DNA from: Emiliania huxleyi CCMP1516
Lineage: Eukaryota
Assembly (NCBI RefSeq): GCF_000372725.1
Contig: NW_005201613.1
Location: 278,290-342,289, forward strand
Length of the DNA stretch: 64,000 nucleotides
Direction: 5' to 3'
The translations under genes and the position numbers were made by a program. The notes below the pieces were generated by a model. That model saw nothing but the letters and a program-made list of their open reading frames with translations, ran no database searches and was not told the origin of the DNA. Below are positions 11,834 through 23,691 of this stretch, in pieces. Within the stretch, counting starts at the first letter, position 1. Each line of letters begins with the position of its first letter.

Positions 11834-13689
11834 GAATAAGAAATACTGACCGCGTGGGTGCGGCGGGCCGAGAGCCCAGCTTCAGCCCAGGAGAGGCGGG
11901 CAGAGGGGCGAGGCGAGGTGAGGCGCGGCTCTCGGCGGAGCTCAGCCTCCTCTCGGCTACTCTCGGCACATGAGCTCGAGGCGCGAGAGGCGGTCGTGCG
12001 CCGCCTACGAGGAAAGGCGAGAGGGCGAGAGCCTCAAGAAACGACTATCTCCCCATCTCTCCCCATATCTCCCCATGTCTCCCCTTTCTCCCCATGTCTC
12101 CCCATGTCTCCCCTTTCTCCCCATATCTCCCTATATCTCCCGTTCCGCGTCTCCGCACCGCGAAGGTGCTTTCCCAGGAGGGCATCGAGGTGGCGACGGT
12201 GCCGTCCCATGCCCCCCAAGGAGGACAGGTGTGGGGAGGTGGCGGCTCACTCCCACATGAGCATGGCATGTGCATGCGCATGTGCATGTGCATGTGCATG
12301 TGCATGCGCATGTGCATGTGCATGTCAGCAGACGATGTGGGCGCGAGCTGGAGACGAGCTGGAGATGAGCGCAGGCGAGGCGCGGTGGGCGGAGGAGGTG
12401 GGCAGAGGAGGTGCGCCGGCAGACCGCTCTCGGACGCTCTCTGGCCCCCCTTCCCCGGCGGCGCCTCTGCGTCGACATGTGACTCGGCAACCACCAGCGC
12501 GGCGAGCGCGGCGGCGTCGCGCGGCGCCGCCTACCCGTCAGAGATCGTTCTTGACAATCAGTCGCACGAAGGAAGCGGCGGCGGCGGCGGCGGCGTCGCG
12601 GCGAAGCCTCAACGAGGCGACGTCGCAGCGCGGCCGCCTCCGCCCACCTTCCGTGCCGCGCGTAAAACTGGGCGCCGGAGCGCAGCAGCGCAAGCGGCGC
12701 GGCCTCGGCGGAGAGGGCCGCCTACAGAAGCGGGGACGCCGCGCTCGGGAAACGGGCGTGTGGGGGGTGGCCGAGTCCCGCCTCGGCGGAGAGCCAGGCC
12801 GCCTCGAGCGCGGTCGACGCGGCGTCGACGTCGCCCGTCCGCTCGTGCAGCGCGACGAGGGCGCCTGCGGGACGCNNNNNNNNNNNNNNNNNNNNNNNNN
12901 NNNNNNNNNNNNNNNNNNNNNNNNNNNNNNNNNNNNNNNNNNNNNNNNNNNNNNNNNNNNNNNNNNNNNNNNNNNNNNNNNNNNNNNNNNNNNNNNNNNN
13001 NNNNNNNNNNNNNNNNNNNNNNNNNNNNNNNNNNNNNNNNNNNNNNNNNNNNNNNNNNNNNNNNNNNNNNNNNNNNNNNNNNNNNNNNNNNNNNNNNNNN
13101 NNNNNNNNNNNNNNNNNNNNNNNNNNNNNNNNNNNNNNNNNNNNNNNNNNNNNNNNNNNNNNNNNNNNNNNNNNNNNNNNNNNNNNNNNNNNNNNNNNNN
13201 NNNNNNNNNNNNNNNNNNNNNNNNNNNNNNNNNNNNNNNNNNNNNNNNNNNNNNNNNNNNNNNNNNNNNNNNNNNNNNNNNNNNNNNNNNNNNNNNNNNN
13301 NNNNNNNNNNNNNNNNNNNNNNNNNNNNNNNNNNNNNNNNNNNNNNNNNNNNNNNNNNNNNNNNNNNNNNNNNNNNNNNNNNNNNNNNNNNNNNNNNNNN
13401 NNNNNNNNNNNNNNNNNNNNNNNNNNNNNNNNNNNNNNNNNNNNNNNNNNNNNNNNNNNNNNNNNNNNNNNNNNNNNNNNNNNNNNNNNNNNNNNNNNNN
13501 NNNNNNNNNNNNNNNNNNNNNNNNNNNNNGAGCATCTAGGAGAGCGGTGCTCGCTGCGTAGCGAGGAGACGCACTCCTTTGCCTGCAACCCGTGGGGCAA
13601 GGGGCTCATCAGTGATGACTGGCGAGCCTCCGCCGCCGCTCCTCTGTCTCTGTCTCCGTCGCTATCTCTCCCTCGCTCTCTCGCTCTCG

Positions 13690-13721
<32 letters not shown>

Positions 13722-14059
13722 TACTCTTCTCTTCTCTCTCCTCCCTCTCTCCCTCCCTCTCTCCCTCCCTCTCTCCCTCCCTCCCTCCCTCCCTCCCTCT
13801 CCCTCGCTCGACTTGCGCCTGCTCCGGCCGCGACATAGCGACGGAGAGGAGGGCGGCGTTCGCGAGGAAGGCCTGCCGCTGGTGTGGCGTCAGCTTCTTG
13901 ACGAGCGGCTCGGCGAGGTTCGCCTTTGCCTTCTTCCACGAGTCGAACAGGTTCGCCTGCCGAACGAGGGATTATGGCTTCCTCCTCCTCCTCCTCCTCC
14001 TCCTCCTCCTCCTCCTCCTCCTCCTCCTCCTCCTACTACTACTACTGCTGCTGCTGCTG

Positions 14060-14090
<31 letters not shown>

Positions 14091-14500
14091 CGAACAGGTT
14101 CGCCTGCCGAACGAGGGAGCCAGTCAGTGCTACACACCTCCCAGCATGGAGGACGGGCCCACACGCACACACACACGCTGCACACGATTGGCTCGGGAGC
14201 CGACACGAGGCACGCTGTCACCGGCTATAGCACCGGGCCCGGACTGCTGGACGCACAGGTCACGCAGCTCACCGGACAGCTCACGAGGTGGGAGTGGCTC
14301 AGGAAAGTCGGTGGCGCCTCCGTCCACGAGTGCGACCAGGGTCGCCGGGCCGACGCCAGGAGGCGACTGAGCGGGACGAAGACATGCGCCCAAGGGCGTG
14401 TGGCGCTGCTCTCCTCCTACTCCTACTCCTACTCCTACTCCTACTCCTGCTCCCACCACTCCTCCTACGACCACTCCTCCTACTACTACCACTACTGCTG

Positions 14501-14541
<41 letters not shown>

Positions 14542-17005
14542 GCTACTACTGCTACTGCCGCTGCTACGAGGCCCGCCTCGCCGCGCAGCGCGACAGTGTT
14601 GTTGGCGACGACGGCGGCGACGGCGACCTCGAGCTCCGCCTACAGAGCTCGTGCGCATGTGCAGACGCTACGAGGCCCCAGTGTGGCAGTGTCGAGTCGT
14701 GGGCTCTTCACAGAGTCGGTGATTCCCCTACCCGGCCGAGATGCGAATCCCCGCACACGGCCGCAACCGACTGGCTGGGTGTGGGTGGGTGGTGCGTGAC
14801 GGGAGTGCAGGTGCAACGAGCGGACGCTGCGCTGCCGCGCGGTCGATCTCTCCCCATATCTCCCCATATCTCCCCATATCTCCCCATATCTCCCCATATC
14901 TCTCCGGCGTCGAGGGGCTTCACGAGCGTGCTCGTGGTGTGCCACGACCTCATCTCTCCCCATCTCTCCCCATCTCTCAACATGTGATCACGTCGCCCAA
15001 ACGTGTCACCCCCCCCCACCCCCCCCCTTCCCTTCCCTTCCCCCGGCTACAGCTCGGCGGCATCTCGGCGCGGCATCTCGGCTGCCTCTCCGCCTTGAAC
15101 GAGGCCAGTGTCGCGTACGCCGCCGCCGCCGCCTCCTTGTCGCCCAGCTGCTGGTCGACGAAGGCGGCCTGGTGGTGTGATGGAGGTGTGATGGTGTGAT
15201 GGGGGGATGGGGGGATGGAGGTGTGATGGGGGGGTGGGGGGATGGTGTGATGGAGGTGTGTAGAGCACACCCCACACGCCGTCAGGACGGAACAAGAGCA
15301 CCGCTCACACTCCCCCCCCCCCCCCCCCGGAGTGGAGAATTTTGTGCCCTCCCGGGGGGCTTCTCCGCGGGGGCCTGGGCAGTCAGCACGCCCAGTTCGG
15401 CCTTGAGCTCCCCACATTTCCCCAGGTTTCCCCATATGTCCCCATATTTCGGNNNNNNNNNNNNNNNNNNNNNNNNNNNNNNNNNNNNNNNNNNNNNNNN
15501 NNNNNNNNNNNNNNNNNNNNNNNNNNNNNNNNNNNNNNNNNNNNNNNNNNNNNNNNNNNNNNNNNNNNNNNNNNNNNNNNNNNNNNNNNNNNNNNNNNNN
15601 NNNNNNNNNNNNNNNNNNNNNNNNNNNNNNNNNNNNNNNNNNNNNNNNNNNNNNNNNNNNNNNNNNNNNNNNNNNNNNNNNNNNNNNNNNNNNNNNNNNN
15701 NNNNNNNNNNNNNNNNNNNNNNNNNNNNNNNNNNNNNNNNNNNNNNNNNNNNNNNNNNNNNNNNNNNNNNNNNNNNNNNNNNNNNNNNNNNNNNNNNNNN
15801 NNNNNNNNNNNNNNNNNNNNNNNNNNNNNNNNNNNNNNNNNNNNNNNNNNNNNNNNNNNNNNNNNNNNNNNNNNNNNNNNNNNNNNNNNNNNNNNNNNNN
15901 NNNNNNNNNNNNNNNNNNNNNNNNNNNNNNNNNNNNNNNNNNNNNNNNNNNNNNNNNNNNNNNNNNNNNNNNNNNNNNNNNNNNNNNNNNNNNNNNNNNN
16001 NNNNNNNNNNNNNNNNNNNNNNNNNNNNNNNNNNNNNNNNNNNNNNNNNNNNNNNNNNNNNNNNNNNNNNNNNNNNNNNNNNNNNNNNNNNNNNNNNNNN
16101 NNNNNNNNNNNNNNNNNNNNNNNNNNNNNNNNNNNNNNNNNNNNNNNNNNNNNNNNNNNNNNNNNNNNNNNNNGCGTAGCAGCGCGGGGGGGTGAAGACG
16201 GTGGTGGAGGCGGCGGCGGCCAGGCGGGGGCGGAGGGGCGAGCGCACCCACGCGGTCGGGGAGGGAGGGGGGGGGAGGGGGGGGGGATCGCGACGAGACA
16301 CCGGCTCAGGAGGAGGAGGCGCTGGCAGAGGCGTGGGGGCTGCTGGGCGCGAGTGGGCGGGGAGAGGAGAGCACCGAGCGACTCTCTGCAGGCGCGGAGA
16401 GCGACGGCGAGCTTGTCGCGCGCGGCGCTGTACTCGCCCGACCCGATGTGCGCGCAAGCCAGGTTGTACGCCAGCTCAAACTGCTCCGCCTCGAGCCCCG
16501 CGGCGAGCGACGCGCCGTACGACGTCGCCGCCGCCGAGTCGCGAGAGAGCACCAGCGAGGCGAGCACGTTCGTGTAGTGCTCGGCGGCGGTGCCGTCCCC
16601 CTCGGAGGCGGCCTGCTCCGCCGCCGCCCGGAACAGCCGCGCCGCCTCGCCGTACTCGGCCTGTCTGTACTTGATCTGCGCCGCGAGCGTCTGCTCGGCG
16701 CCGCTCGCGCCGCTGAGGTCCGCCGGCAGCGCCCGCATCGCGTCCGCCTCGCGGCCGAGCTGGTAGAGGGCGTAGGCGCGCTCGTACCGCGCCGGCTCGC
16801 CCAGCTCCGCAGCCAGCGCCTCCGCCTCGCCGTACCGGCCGAGCTCCACCAGGCAAGTGAGCTTTGCACGCAGCGTCTCCGCATCCTCGGGCGCGAGCGC
16901 GAGCACGCGCTCGCAGGCGGCGAGCAGCGGCGGGAGAGCGTCCTCCGAGCCGGCACGAGCCTCCTCGACGTACCGCGACACCTCCGACAAGAGCGCCTCC
17001 TGCAT
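11190..17005 (-). CDS. SRP72: Signal recognition particle subunit SRP72, multi-exon, interrupted by two assembly gaps
   Basis: N-terminal TPRs (YERAYALYQLG, AQIKYRQAEY, FELAYNLACA) at 16380-17005. C-terminal RNA-binding motif KPRYPKGFDP..PDPERWLPKRERS..GPQGS at 11380-11560. Confidence 0.9.
12048..12140. repeat. Intronic 10-bp tandem repeat (TCTCCCCATA-like); also at 14848-14900 and 15410-15450
   Basis: Directly visible tandem units. Confidence 0.9.
13979..14556. repeat. Compound trinucleotide microsatellites (CCT/CTA/CTG) in SRP72 introns
   Basis: Visible at 13979-14090 and 14410-14556. Confidence 0.9.
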
Positions 17006-17089
17006 AACGATGGCTCGGCCCTGTTCTCGCGGCGGCTGATAAAAAGAATTCTTCGGACCGCCATCCGCTTCAAACCAGCGCACCACACC

Positions 17090-17175
17090 CCTCTCCTTAA
17101 AATCCCTGTGTGGTGGCGGCGTGCCGTTCTCCCATCCCTCCCTTGGGATTCTGTTTTCTTTCTTTCTTTCTTTCA
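17090..17175. repeat. Dispersed repeat TTAAAATCCCTGTGTGGTGGCGGCGTGCCGTTCTCCCATCCCTCCCTTG, copy 1 of 4
   Basis: Other copies at 28296-28344, 39030-39062 (partial) and 59178-59256 (reverse complement). Confidence 0.9.
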
Positions 17176-17810
17176 AACCAGTGTATGAATGAAACGTTGA
17201 GATGCGTGCCCCAGGAGGCCCTAGCCCTTGGGATGGGGAGGGGCTACTCGCGGGCCTTCATTCAGAGAGAGATTTTTTTGAAAACCCTGGAGGCCCTCGA
17301 GCACACCACGTGTGCACCAGCGCACCTCGAAGAGCGGTAGCATGATGTCGAAGGCCTCATCGCTCTGCGGCGCCTGCGGCGCCATGGTCAGCGGGCAGCA
17401 ATTGCGATCCACGAAGTTTTTCAAAGGACGCGTGGGACTGCTGGAAAGTTCCGAGAAAAAGTGAAAAACTCCCTCGCCGCCTCGCCGTCCCCACCCGGCA
17501 GGCGTCTCGCCGCTTTCTTTATAATTTGGGTGCGTTCTGCAGTTAAGGGGTAACCTCCGGTACACCGTACACGGAACCATCCCTCGGTGCTCGGAGACCT
17601 AGCTCCGAGTACAGGGGGCGTGTCCTGCAGTTAAGCGGGGAAACCTGCGTGGACGTAACGTGGGTCTAACCCTCGGGTCGCCCGAGCCTGACTGTTCTTC
17701 ACTTTCCTACATACATACATACAGAGCTCGCGTTCAACCCCTAGTTCTTTCCACAAGTTCAATCGATCGATCGCGATTTTCTTGGTCTTCAACTCTCTCC
17801 CAGCTGCGTG

Positions 17811-18975
17811 CTACTGCTCCAGCTCCAGCCAAACGACGGAATCGACGCGGAGAGCGTGGCACTCGAGAATATAATGCTGCAGTTCGCCGAGCTGGCGGCC
17901 CGAGCGCATGTTGTCGAAGCCCATGAAAGGGAAGGCCATGGGAGTTCGCCGAACTGCACCCAGAAAGGAGTTCCCGTTGTCGCCGCGCGCAAGCGAGCCG
18001 GTGCCGGCGGGGATTTCGTGGCACAGCACGAGCATCTTTTCGTCGTGCTCGTTGAGCGCATCGAAGAGCGACGCCGCCTCCGGCAGGTGGCAAAAGTAAT
18101 CGCCTGGACTCGGGGCGGAGGGTGCGGGACGGTGGGAGGGGGGTGGGGCTTGGCCCCGGGGAGTGGGGAGAGAAAGGGCGCCGCGCGGGGCGGGGTGGGC
18201 GGCGGAAGCGGGTCGCCTGCCAGCGACTCAACGTGACAGATGGCGGCCACCTGTACACACAATCAGTGCTGACTTGGCGACAGCTATGACTGACGATGAC
18301 GTTGCGCGCGACGGTCACCGTTCCCCGCTTGTCCGATTCGACGATCTGGTAGGCGGCTGTGGGCGCAGAGGTCACCTGTCGGTGGCGGCGTGGGCGTAGC
18401 GCCCATCAGTGCACAGCGGGCTGGCACAAAGTGCAGAGGCGAGGAGAGACGAGGGCGCAGGGGCGACGCGGGAGGGGCGGGGCAGGAGGGCGGGCCGGGA
18501 GGAACAGGGCGGAGGGGCGGAGGGGCGGCGCCTTAATGGGCGGCTCGGCGGTCGGCCCCGCGTTCTCGGCGACCCACTCGGAATTCTTGGCGGTCGAGTT
18601 GGAGCAGAGGAAGGTGGGTGCAGGGGAATTCCCCCTCGAAGCGACCTCGGTTCCTCCCCGGGGAACTACCTGGAACAAACTGTCGAAGAACAAACTGTAC
18701 ATTCGCTGAGATACTAGTGCGATGGTCGGATCGTCGCCCTGCCCCTTGCACGGTTGCGCGGCCCCAACCAGAAAGGTTGGATCGTCGGCTTGTCCCGCGC
18801 ACGGCACCACACCGGCGCAGACTGCCTGCAGGCTGGCTGGAAGTGACTCACCGAGCTCCGGCAGTGGTCCCAGGACCGCGCCCGTCAGCTCCTCTTCGCT
18901 TGATATGCGAACCGTCGTTTGAGATGGCGGTAAGGGACTGAAGCCAACCGCCGCCGCGGCGAGGATAGGCAGCAT
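17811..18975 (-). CDS. Hypothetical secreted protein, multi-exon
   Basis: MLPILAAAAVGFSP signal-like start, coding-like segments and plausible splice sites. No recognisable domain. Confidence 0.4.
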
Positions 18976-19093
18976 AAACCTGTATCCTCTTGCGCCCCTA
19001 ACGACTCGTGGCCGAGGTCCCGGACTCACAACCGGTGTATCCCTGCAGGGTTCGGGTTGCTTGGCGTCAGGGGTCTGCGACGCAGGCGTCCAC

Positions 19094-19576
19094 CTTAGGG
19101 GACCCCTAGGGTTCTGAGGGCCGGATTTTTTTAAGACCTTTTAAGAGATTGGCGGCTCCAGAGCCGCCTCGGTGCGTTTAAGAGATTGGGCCCATGCTGC
19201 CGCTCCCATTTAAGAGACCATTTAAGAGAATCGCACACCGCGCCCAACCTGAGCCATTTGAGCCTAGAGCGTTTAAGCGCGGGGGGAGGCTGGCGGGCGG
19301 GCGGGCGAGCGAGCGGGCGGGCGGGCGGCAGAGAGCGAAGCGCTCTCGGGGCCGAGCGAAGAGCTTTCGCCGCCCGTCGGCAAGTTTTGAGTATAGACCA
19401 TTCATTGGTGTGATCGCGTTTAAGGGCGCGGGGAGGCTGCCGAGTCGTTTGACCGTTTAAGACCGTTTAAGGAATCGGCGGCCCAGCAGCTCTTAAAACT
19501 TGCCTAGGCAAGTTTTAAGCCGTTTAAGCCGCAGGCGCCCCAGGGCCCACCCTTTTAAGCCTAGGGGTCCCCTAAG
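19094..19576. mobile_element. MITE / non-autonomous DNA transposon, 483 bp, 17-bp TIRs, 8-bp TSD
   Basis: TIR CTTAGGGGACCCCTAGG at 19094-19110 and its reverse complement at 19560-19576. TSD GCGTCCAC at 19086-19093 and 19577-19584. Confidence 0.92.
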
Positions 19577-20148
19577 GCGTCCACCCATACCGCGCTGGTG
19601 TCCAATCCGAGGTTAATTGTTCTTCACCTTCCTACCTAACCTAACCTAACCTCCACTGTAGGTAGGTAGCGCGTGTTTTTCTCCCGGACCAACCGCTGTG
19701 GGTTAGGGGAGAGCGCTTCGCGCCCCATAGCGCATAGGCGCACGAGCTGCCCCGCAGAGAAGATGACAGCCTCTGCGCTGATAGGCACGCATTGTGCCGC
19801 CACGTACCCCTTTAAGTTCCGCAATGGCGTAAATTATACTGCGCTCATGTACAAACTAATTTACAATTAGTTAAATTACTCGGCTGCAGCAGCGCACTCA
19901 CGGCGGCGCTTCCACCGCCGCTCCCTTCGTAAAAGGGGTCCAGGAGTCAGTCGTGGACTGGGCGGCTCAACGGTGCTGAGTTGCACGACTGGTACGGCGG
20001 TACGCCACACTGCCAGCGTGCCGGTAATGGCGAGCGCGCAGCACAGCGCAGCACTCTTCAGGCCGCTGCCTTCCTCGGCGCTCATCAGCGATGAGCGGGC
20101 AGGGGCTCCACACACCAGCGCTTCGGCTTAGTGGCGGTTCAGCTAGGT

Positions 20149-21225
20149 TCATTGTATACAGCTTGCCTTTGAGTAGTCAGGCAATGCTTCAATATTTGTC
20201 AGACCGTCTTGCGGTGTCTTTAAAGTCTTGCAAGTGCTGCGAAGAGATGCTACGGGGCCGTAAATAGCAGTATAGTCCGTCTTGCCCAGGCCCACATTGT
20301 CCAGCGGCCACTTGAACCCCGGCTCGCAATAGCCCGCCTCCCACGCCCACACGTCGCGTGGGTCGTGCTTCGCAATAGGCACTGGGAAGCTCTTGACACC
20401 CGCCTGCTTGGTGAGCAGCGAGATTGCAGCCTGATCGTGGCGGTGATCGCAGAAGGCTGCATCTTCGTGCTTGGCGTGAGCCTGCTTGCACGAGTCTCGA
20501 TAATTCACGAAGTCTGTGTTTGCGAAGAGCGACGTGCTGGCATTCCAGCGCTGAAGAAGCTCGAATGCCGCAGGCTCTGCTCGCATTCCAATAATGCCTG
20601 CCCAAGAAGTGGCACTATCAAGTTGGGCGTCCGTCGCCACGAGTGCCCTGACCATCGAGTGCTGTGTCCACGCGCGATCACGAAAGCATGGGCTGTGAAA
20701 GGTAGCGAAGCTGCCCTTGACTTGCTGGGCGAGGCAGAAGAGTGGCTGCAACGACCGCGCTGGGCTCACAGGCGTATCGCGGTCAAGGTAGTAGAGAACA
20801 TCCCCAGCGGGCAGAGCGCGTAGCCGCATCATGATGATGTGTGGCTTCCACTGCCAGAAGCCGATCCCGAGAGTCCTGAAGAGCTCCCTTGTGCGCATCG
20901 AGGGGGGAAGGTGGTTTGCATCGAGTGCTGTGCAGCTGTCCGTACTGGAATCTCTTCGAACTATTGCACATAATGTGTGCGCTGCTGCGCGAAAGCTGCC
21001 GTGGCTGCCAAACGTGAGCACGTGGAACCCAACCTTCTTGGTGCAAATGGCCTCATGCTTCACAGCCAGCGGTCGCCGTTGCTGCTGCCAGTAGTAGACA
21101 GACGAGCGCTCAAAGAGTGCGCCACCAGCAACGCCACCACATGCGAGCCGCGCCTCGGCGGCGTCCGTCACGTTGAAAAGGACGTGCCGACCTTCTGTGC
21201 CGGTGAGGCACCGGAGCGTGCACAT
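20149..21225 (-). CDS. Putative glycosyltransferase-like protein
   Basis: GIGFWQWKPHII...GDVLYYLDRD (DxD-like)...DHRHDQAAISLL motifs. Intronless, lower GC. Confidence 0.6.
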   Translation of the reverse strand: MCTLRCLTGTEGRHVLFNVTDAAEARLACGGVAGGALFERSSVYYWQQQRRPLAVKHEAICTKKVGFHVLTFGSHGSFRAAAHTLCAIVRRDSSTDSCTALDANHLPPSMRTRELFRTLGIGFWQWKPHIIMMRLRALPAGDVLYYLDRDTPVSPARSLQPLFCLAQQVKGSFATFHSPCFRDRAWTQHSMVRALVATDAQLDSATSWAGIIGMRAEPAAFELLQRWNASTSLFANTDFVNYRDSCKQAHAKHEDAAFCDHRHDQAAISLLTKQAGVKSFPVPIAKHDPRDVWAWEAGYCEPGFKWPLDNVGLGKTDYTAIYGPVASLRSTCKTLKTPQDGLTNIEALPDYSKASCIQ

Positions 21226-21426
21226 TCAGCCGCCGCCGCCGCCACAACGACGACAAGGCCGTGGGGCTTCCGCCGCAAGTATCACGCGCACAGTGGTAAA
21301 CCAAACATATTCCCGTGGTTCTAGAAGGAGGCGTAGAGGGCAGCTCAACCCTCAACCCCTCAACCACCGGAGTGCCGATTATACGTTCGGCGCGCGAAAA
21401 CTCAAACGCGCCGTTGGCCATCATAA

Positions 21427-22810
21427 ATGTCTCGCGCCGACCCCCGTCTCTTCGGCCTCGACCATCTGTGTAGCGCGCTGTCGGCTTGTGCGCTGAGCAG
21501 CGAGGAGCGCGCCCTTCTACTCACCGAAGCCGAGAAGCTCGTCGGTATTCTTCGAGGCAAACGAGGAGAGGACGAGGATGACGAGCCCGCGGTCGGCCTC
21601 ATGGCGTTGAATGACCATGAGCTTCAGGCTATTGCCATCGCCACAGCCATGGACGACCTTGAGAGCGTGGGAAACGGCTGGGGCCCGAGCGTCGGCACGA
21701 GGGATCTAATGTGCATAGCGTTGACGTGCCGACGGCTGCGCGACATTGTATTCGCCATCTGTCCGCCGCGCTATGGCGGCCACGGGGGTTGGCAACTGTC
21801 ACCACGCGTGCTGACGGTGATTCAGATGGGCTCGGCGTCCGTGGCGCGTCTCGAACTTGCCATCGAACTGGGTCTGCTGGACTGCGGCGACTCTATCGAC
21901 CTGACAGACCTGTGCGTGGAGGCCGCCGCGTTCGGAAGGCGGAAAGTGCTTGAGCGAGCGGTCGCGGAGGGTGTGCGGTGCTCGACATACGATTTCGACG
22001 AGGCGCGTGTCCCACTCGTGCGAAGCACCAAGGTCCTCCGCGGCGCCGCGTACGGTGGGCAGCTCGACACCATGCAATGGCTCGCCTCGTGTGGCAGTCG
22101 GCCCGATGGCGGCGTCATGGAGGCGGCCGCGAGAGCGCGGAGTCGCGAGGCGGTCATATGGCTGCGGGAGCAGGGCTGCGAGTGGGACGAGATGGACCAT
22201 GCTGGCGCCGTCGAGGTGGGCAGTGCCATCAACGGCTCTCTCGAAGGCTACTGTTTCTATGGGCCGTGGAGCGGGCGAGAGCGGCCAGCGGACCTCTCCT
22301 TTGTTCGCTGGCTGCGGGAGCTCGGCGCGCCGTGGTCGTCCCACACGCTGAGCCGGTTGATCGAGTGCGCGCATGTGGACATGCGCGACCTCCACTGGGC
22401 GGTGGCCGATGACTGCCCGCTGAGCGACGGGGCAGGGCTGAGTGCGGCGACGGCCGGCCGCGTTGACATCCTCTCGTGGCTGGACGCGCTCGATGCGCTG
22501 CCACGGAGCAAGAAGCTCACGCAGGCCGCGGCGTCCGGCGGCCACCTGGAGCGATTCTACGTTCACTGGAGCACCACGCGTGGTTGCATGGCTGCGGCAG
22601 CACGGGCACAGCCAAGTGGACTGGAGCGAGGCGCAGTGGGAGCCCCACCGCAAGCGGAAGCAGATGATGTACGACGTGTACTACCAGACGTGCAACTACA
22701 CCAACGACTCTGCGGATGATGATGATGACGTGTCCTCAGTCGACTGGGTCGACGCGATCACACCCAGGGCCGGTGATGACTATGAACAGTTTGGGTACGA
22801 TACCGTCTGA
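21427..22810 (+). CDS. Degenerate ankyrin-repeat-like protein with a frameshift near 22550
   Basis: AAYGGQLDTMQWL, AAASGGHLE repeats. The expected continuation VVAWLRQHG lies in another frame after a ~28-bp insert. Confidence 0.6.
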
Positions 22811-22924
22811 CTACAATACCTCCGCCGTGGCACTGCCCAATCTCATATGGGGCGGGCGGCGGCGCCCCTCTCCGCGCTCTCATGCGCACGTCCCGCCCCC
22901 GCGAGGGCGCCGTAAACGCCCGCG

Positions 22925-23087
<163 letters not shown>

Positions 23088-23330
23088 AGAGAGGCCTTGT
23101 GGAGGTTGTGCCCCGCTGGCCGCCGCGCCGCGCGGGCGGCCCTTCAACCACACGGTGACGCACACACGCCGGCGCGCGCCCTGAATCTCTCCTCTCTTTC
23201 TCACTTTTTATGGAGGGATATTCTTAGTACGGCTCTAAGCCGGCATGCTGTGCATGCGCGGCCGTTCAGAAACCCTCCCTCGCTCAAATGCGTCTGGCCT
23301 TGCGCTGCATCCTGCAAGACACCAAGAGAG

Positions 23331-23490
23331 TAAATAAATAAAAAATAACGAAGTAAAAACGGACACCTCTACTCGTACTCTGTGAGATGGGTAAAAAGCT
23401 AAAAGGAACAGGCCCCCGCCCGTGCGATCTTTGTGCAGGGTTCTTTGTGGGTGTGGTCGGCGACTAGCCGGGGTCGTCCTCCCGATGGTT
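23331..23490 (-). mobile_element. SINE-like / non-LTR 3'-end repeat with (TTTA)n tail; second copy at 43688-43836
   Basis: Two near-identical ~150-bp copies (..GATCTTTGTGCAGGGTTCTTTGTGGGTGTGGTCGGCGACTAGCCGGGGTCGTCCTCCCGATGG), each abutting TAAA repeats. Confidence 0.65.
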
Positions 23491-23691
23491 GGTGGGCGAG
23501 AGACCGACCCTTGAGCTTATTATGGAAGCTCTCCCTAGAGAGAGGAACCCGGCGCTACCAAGCCACCAGTATCTGTAGCGTGCCCTAGAGGGTCTAGCAC
23601 TTGGCCAGCTGGCCCTCCCACCCTATCCGGATCTTGACCTCTCCCGAGTCGGTCGCACTCCTATATCAGCCACGCGCCCCTCGCCCCCCTC

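Noticed and set aside
11858..16577. Long ORFs spanning N runs or microsatellites
   Set aside because: Artefacts of assembly gaps and simple repeats.
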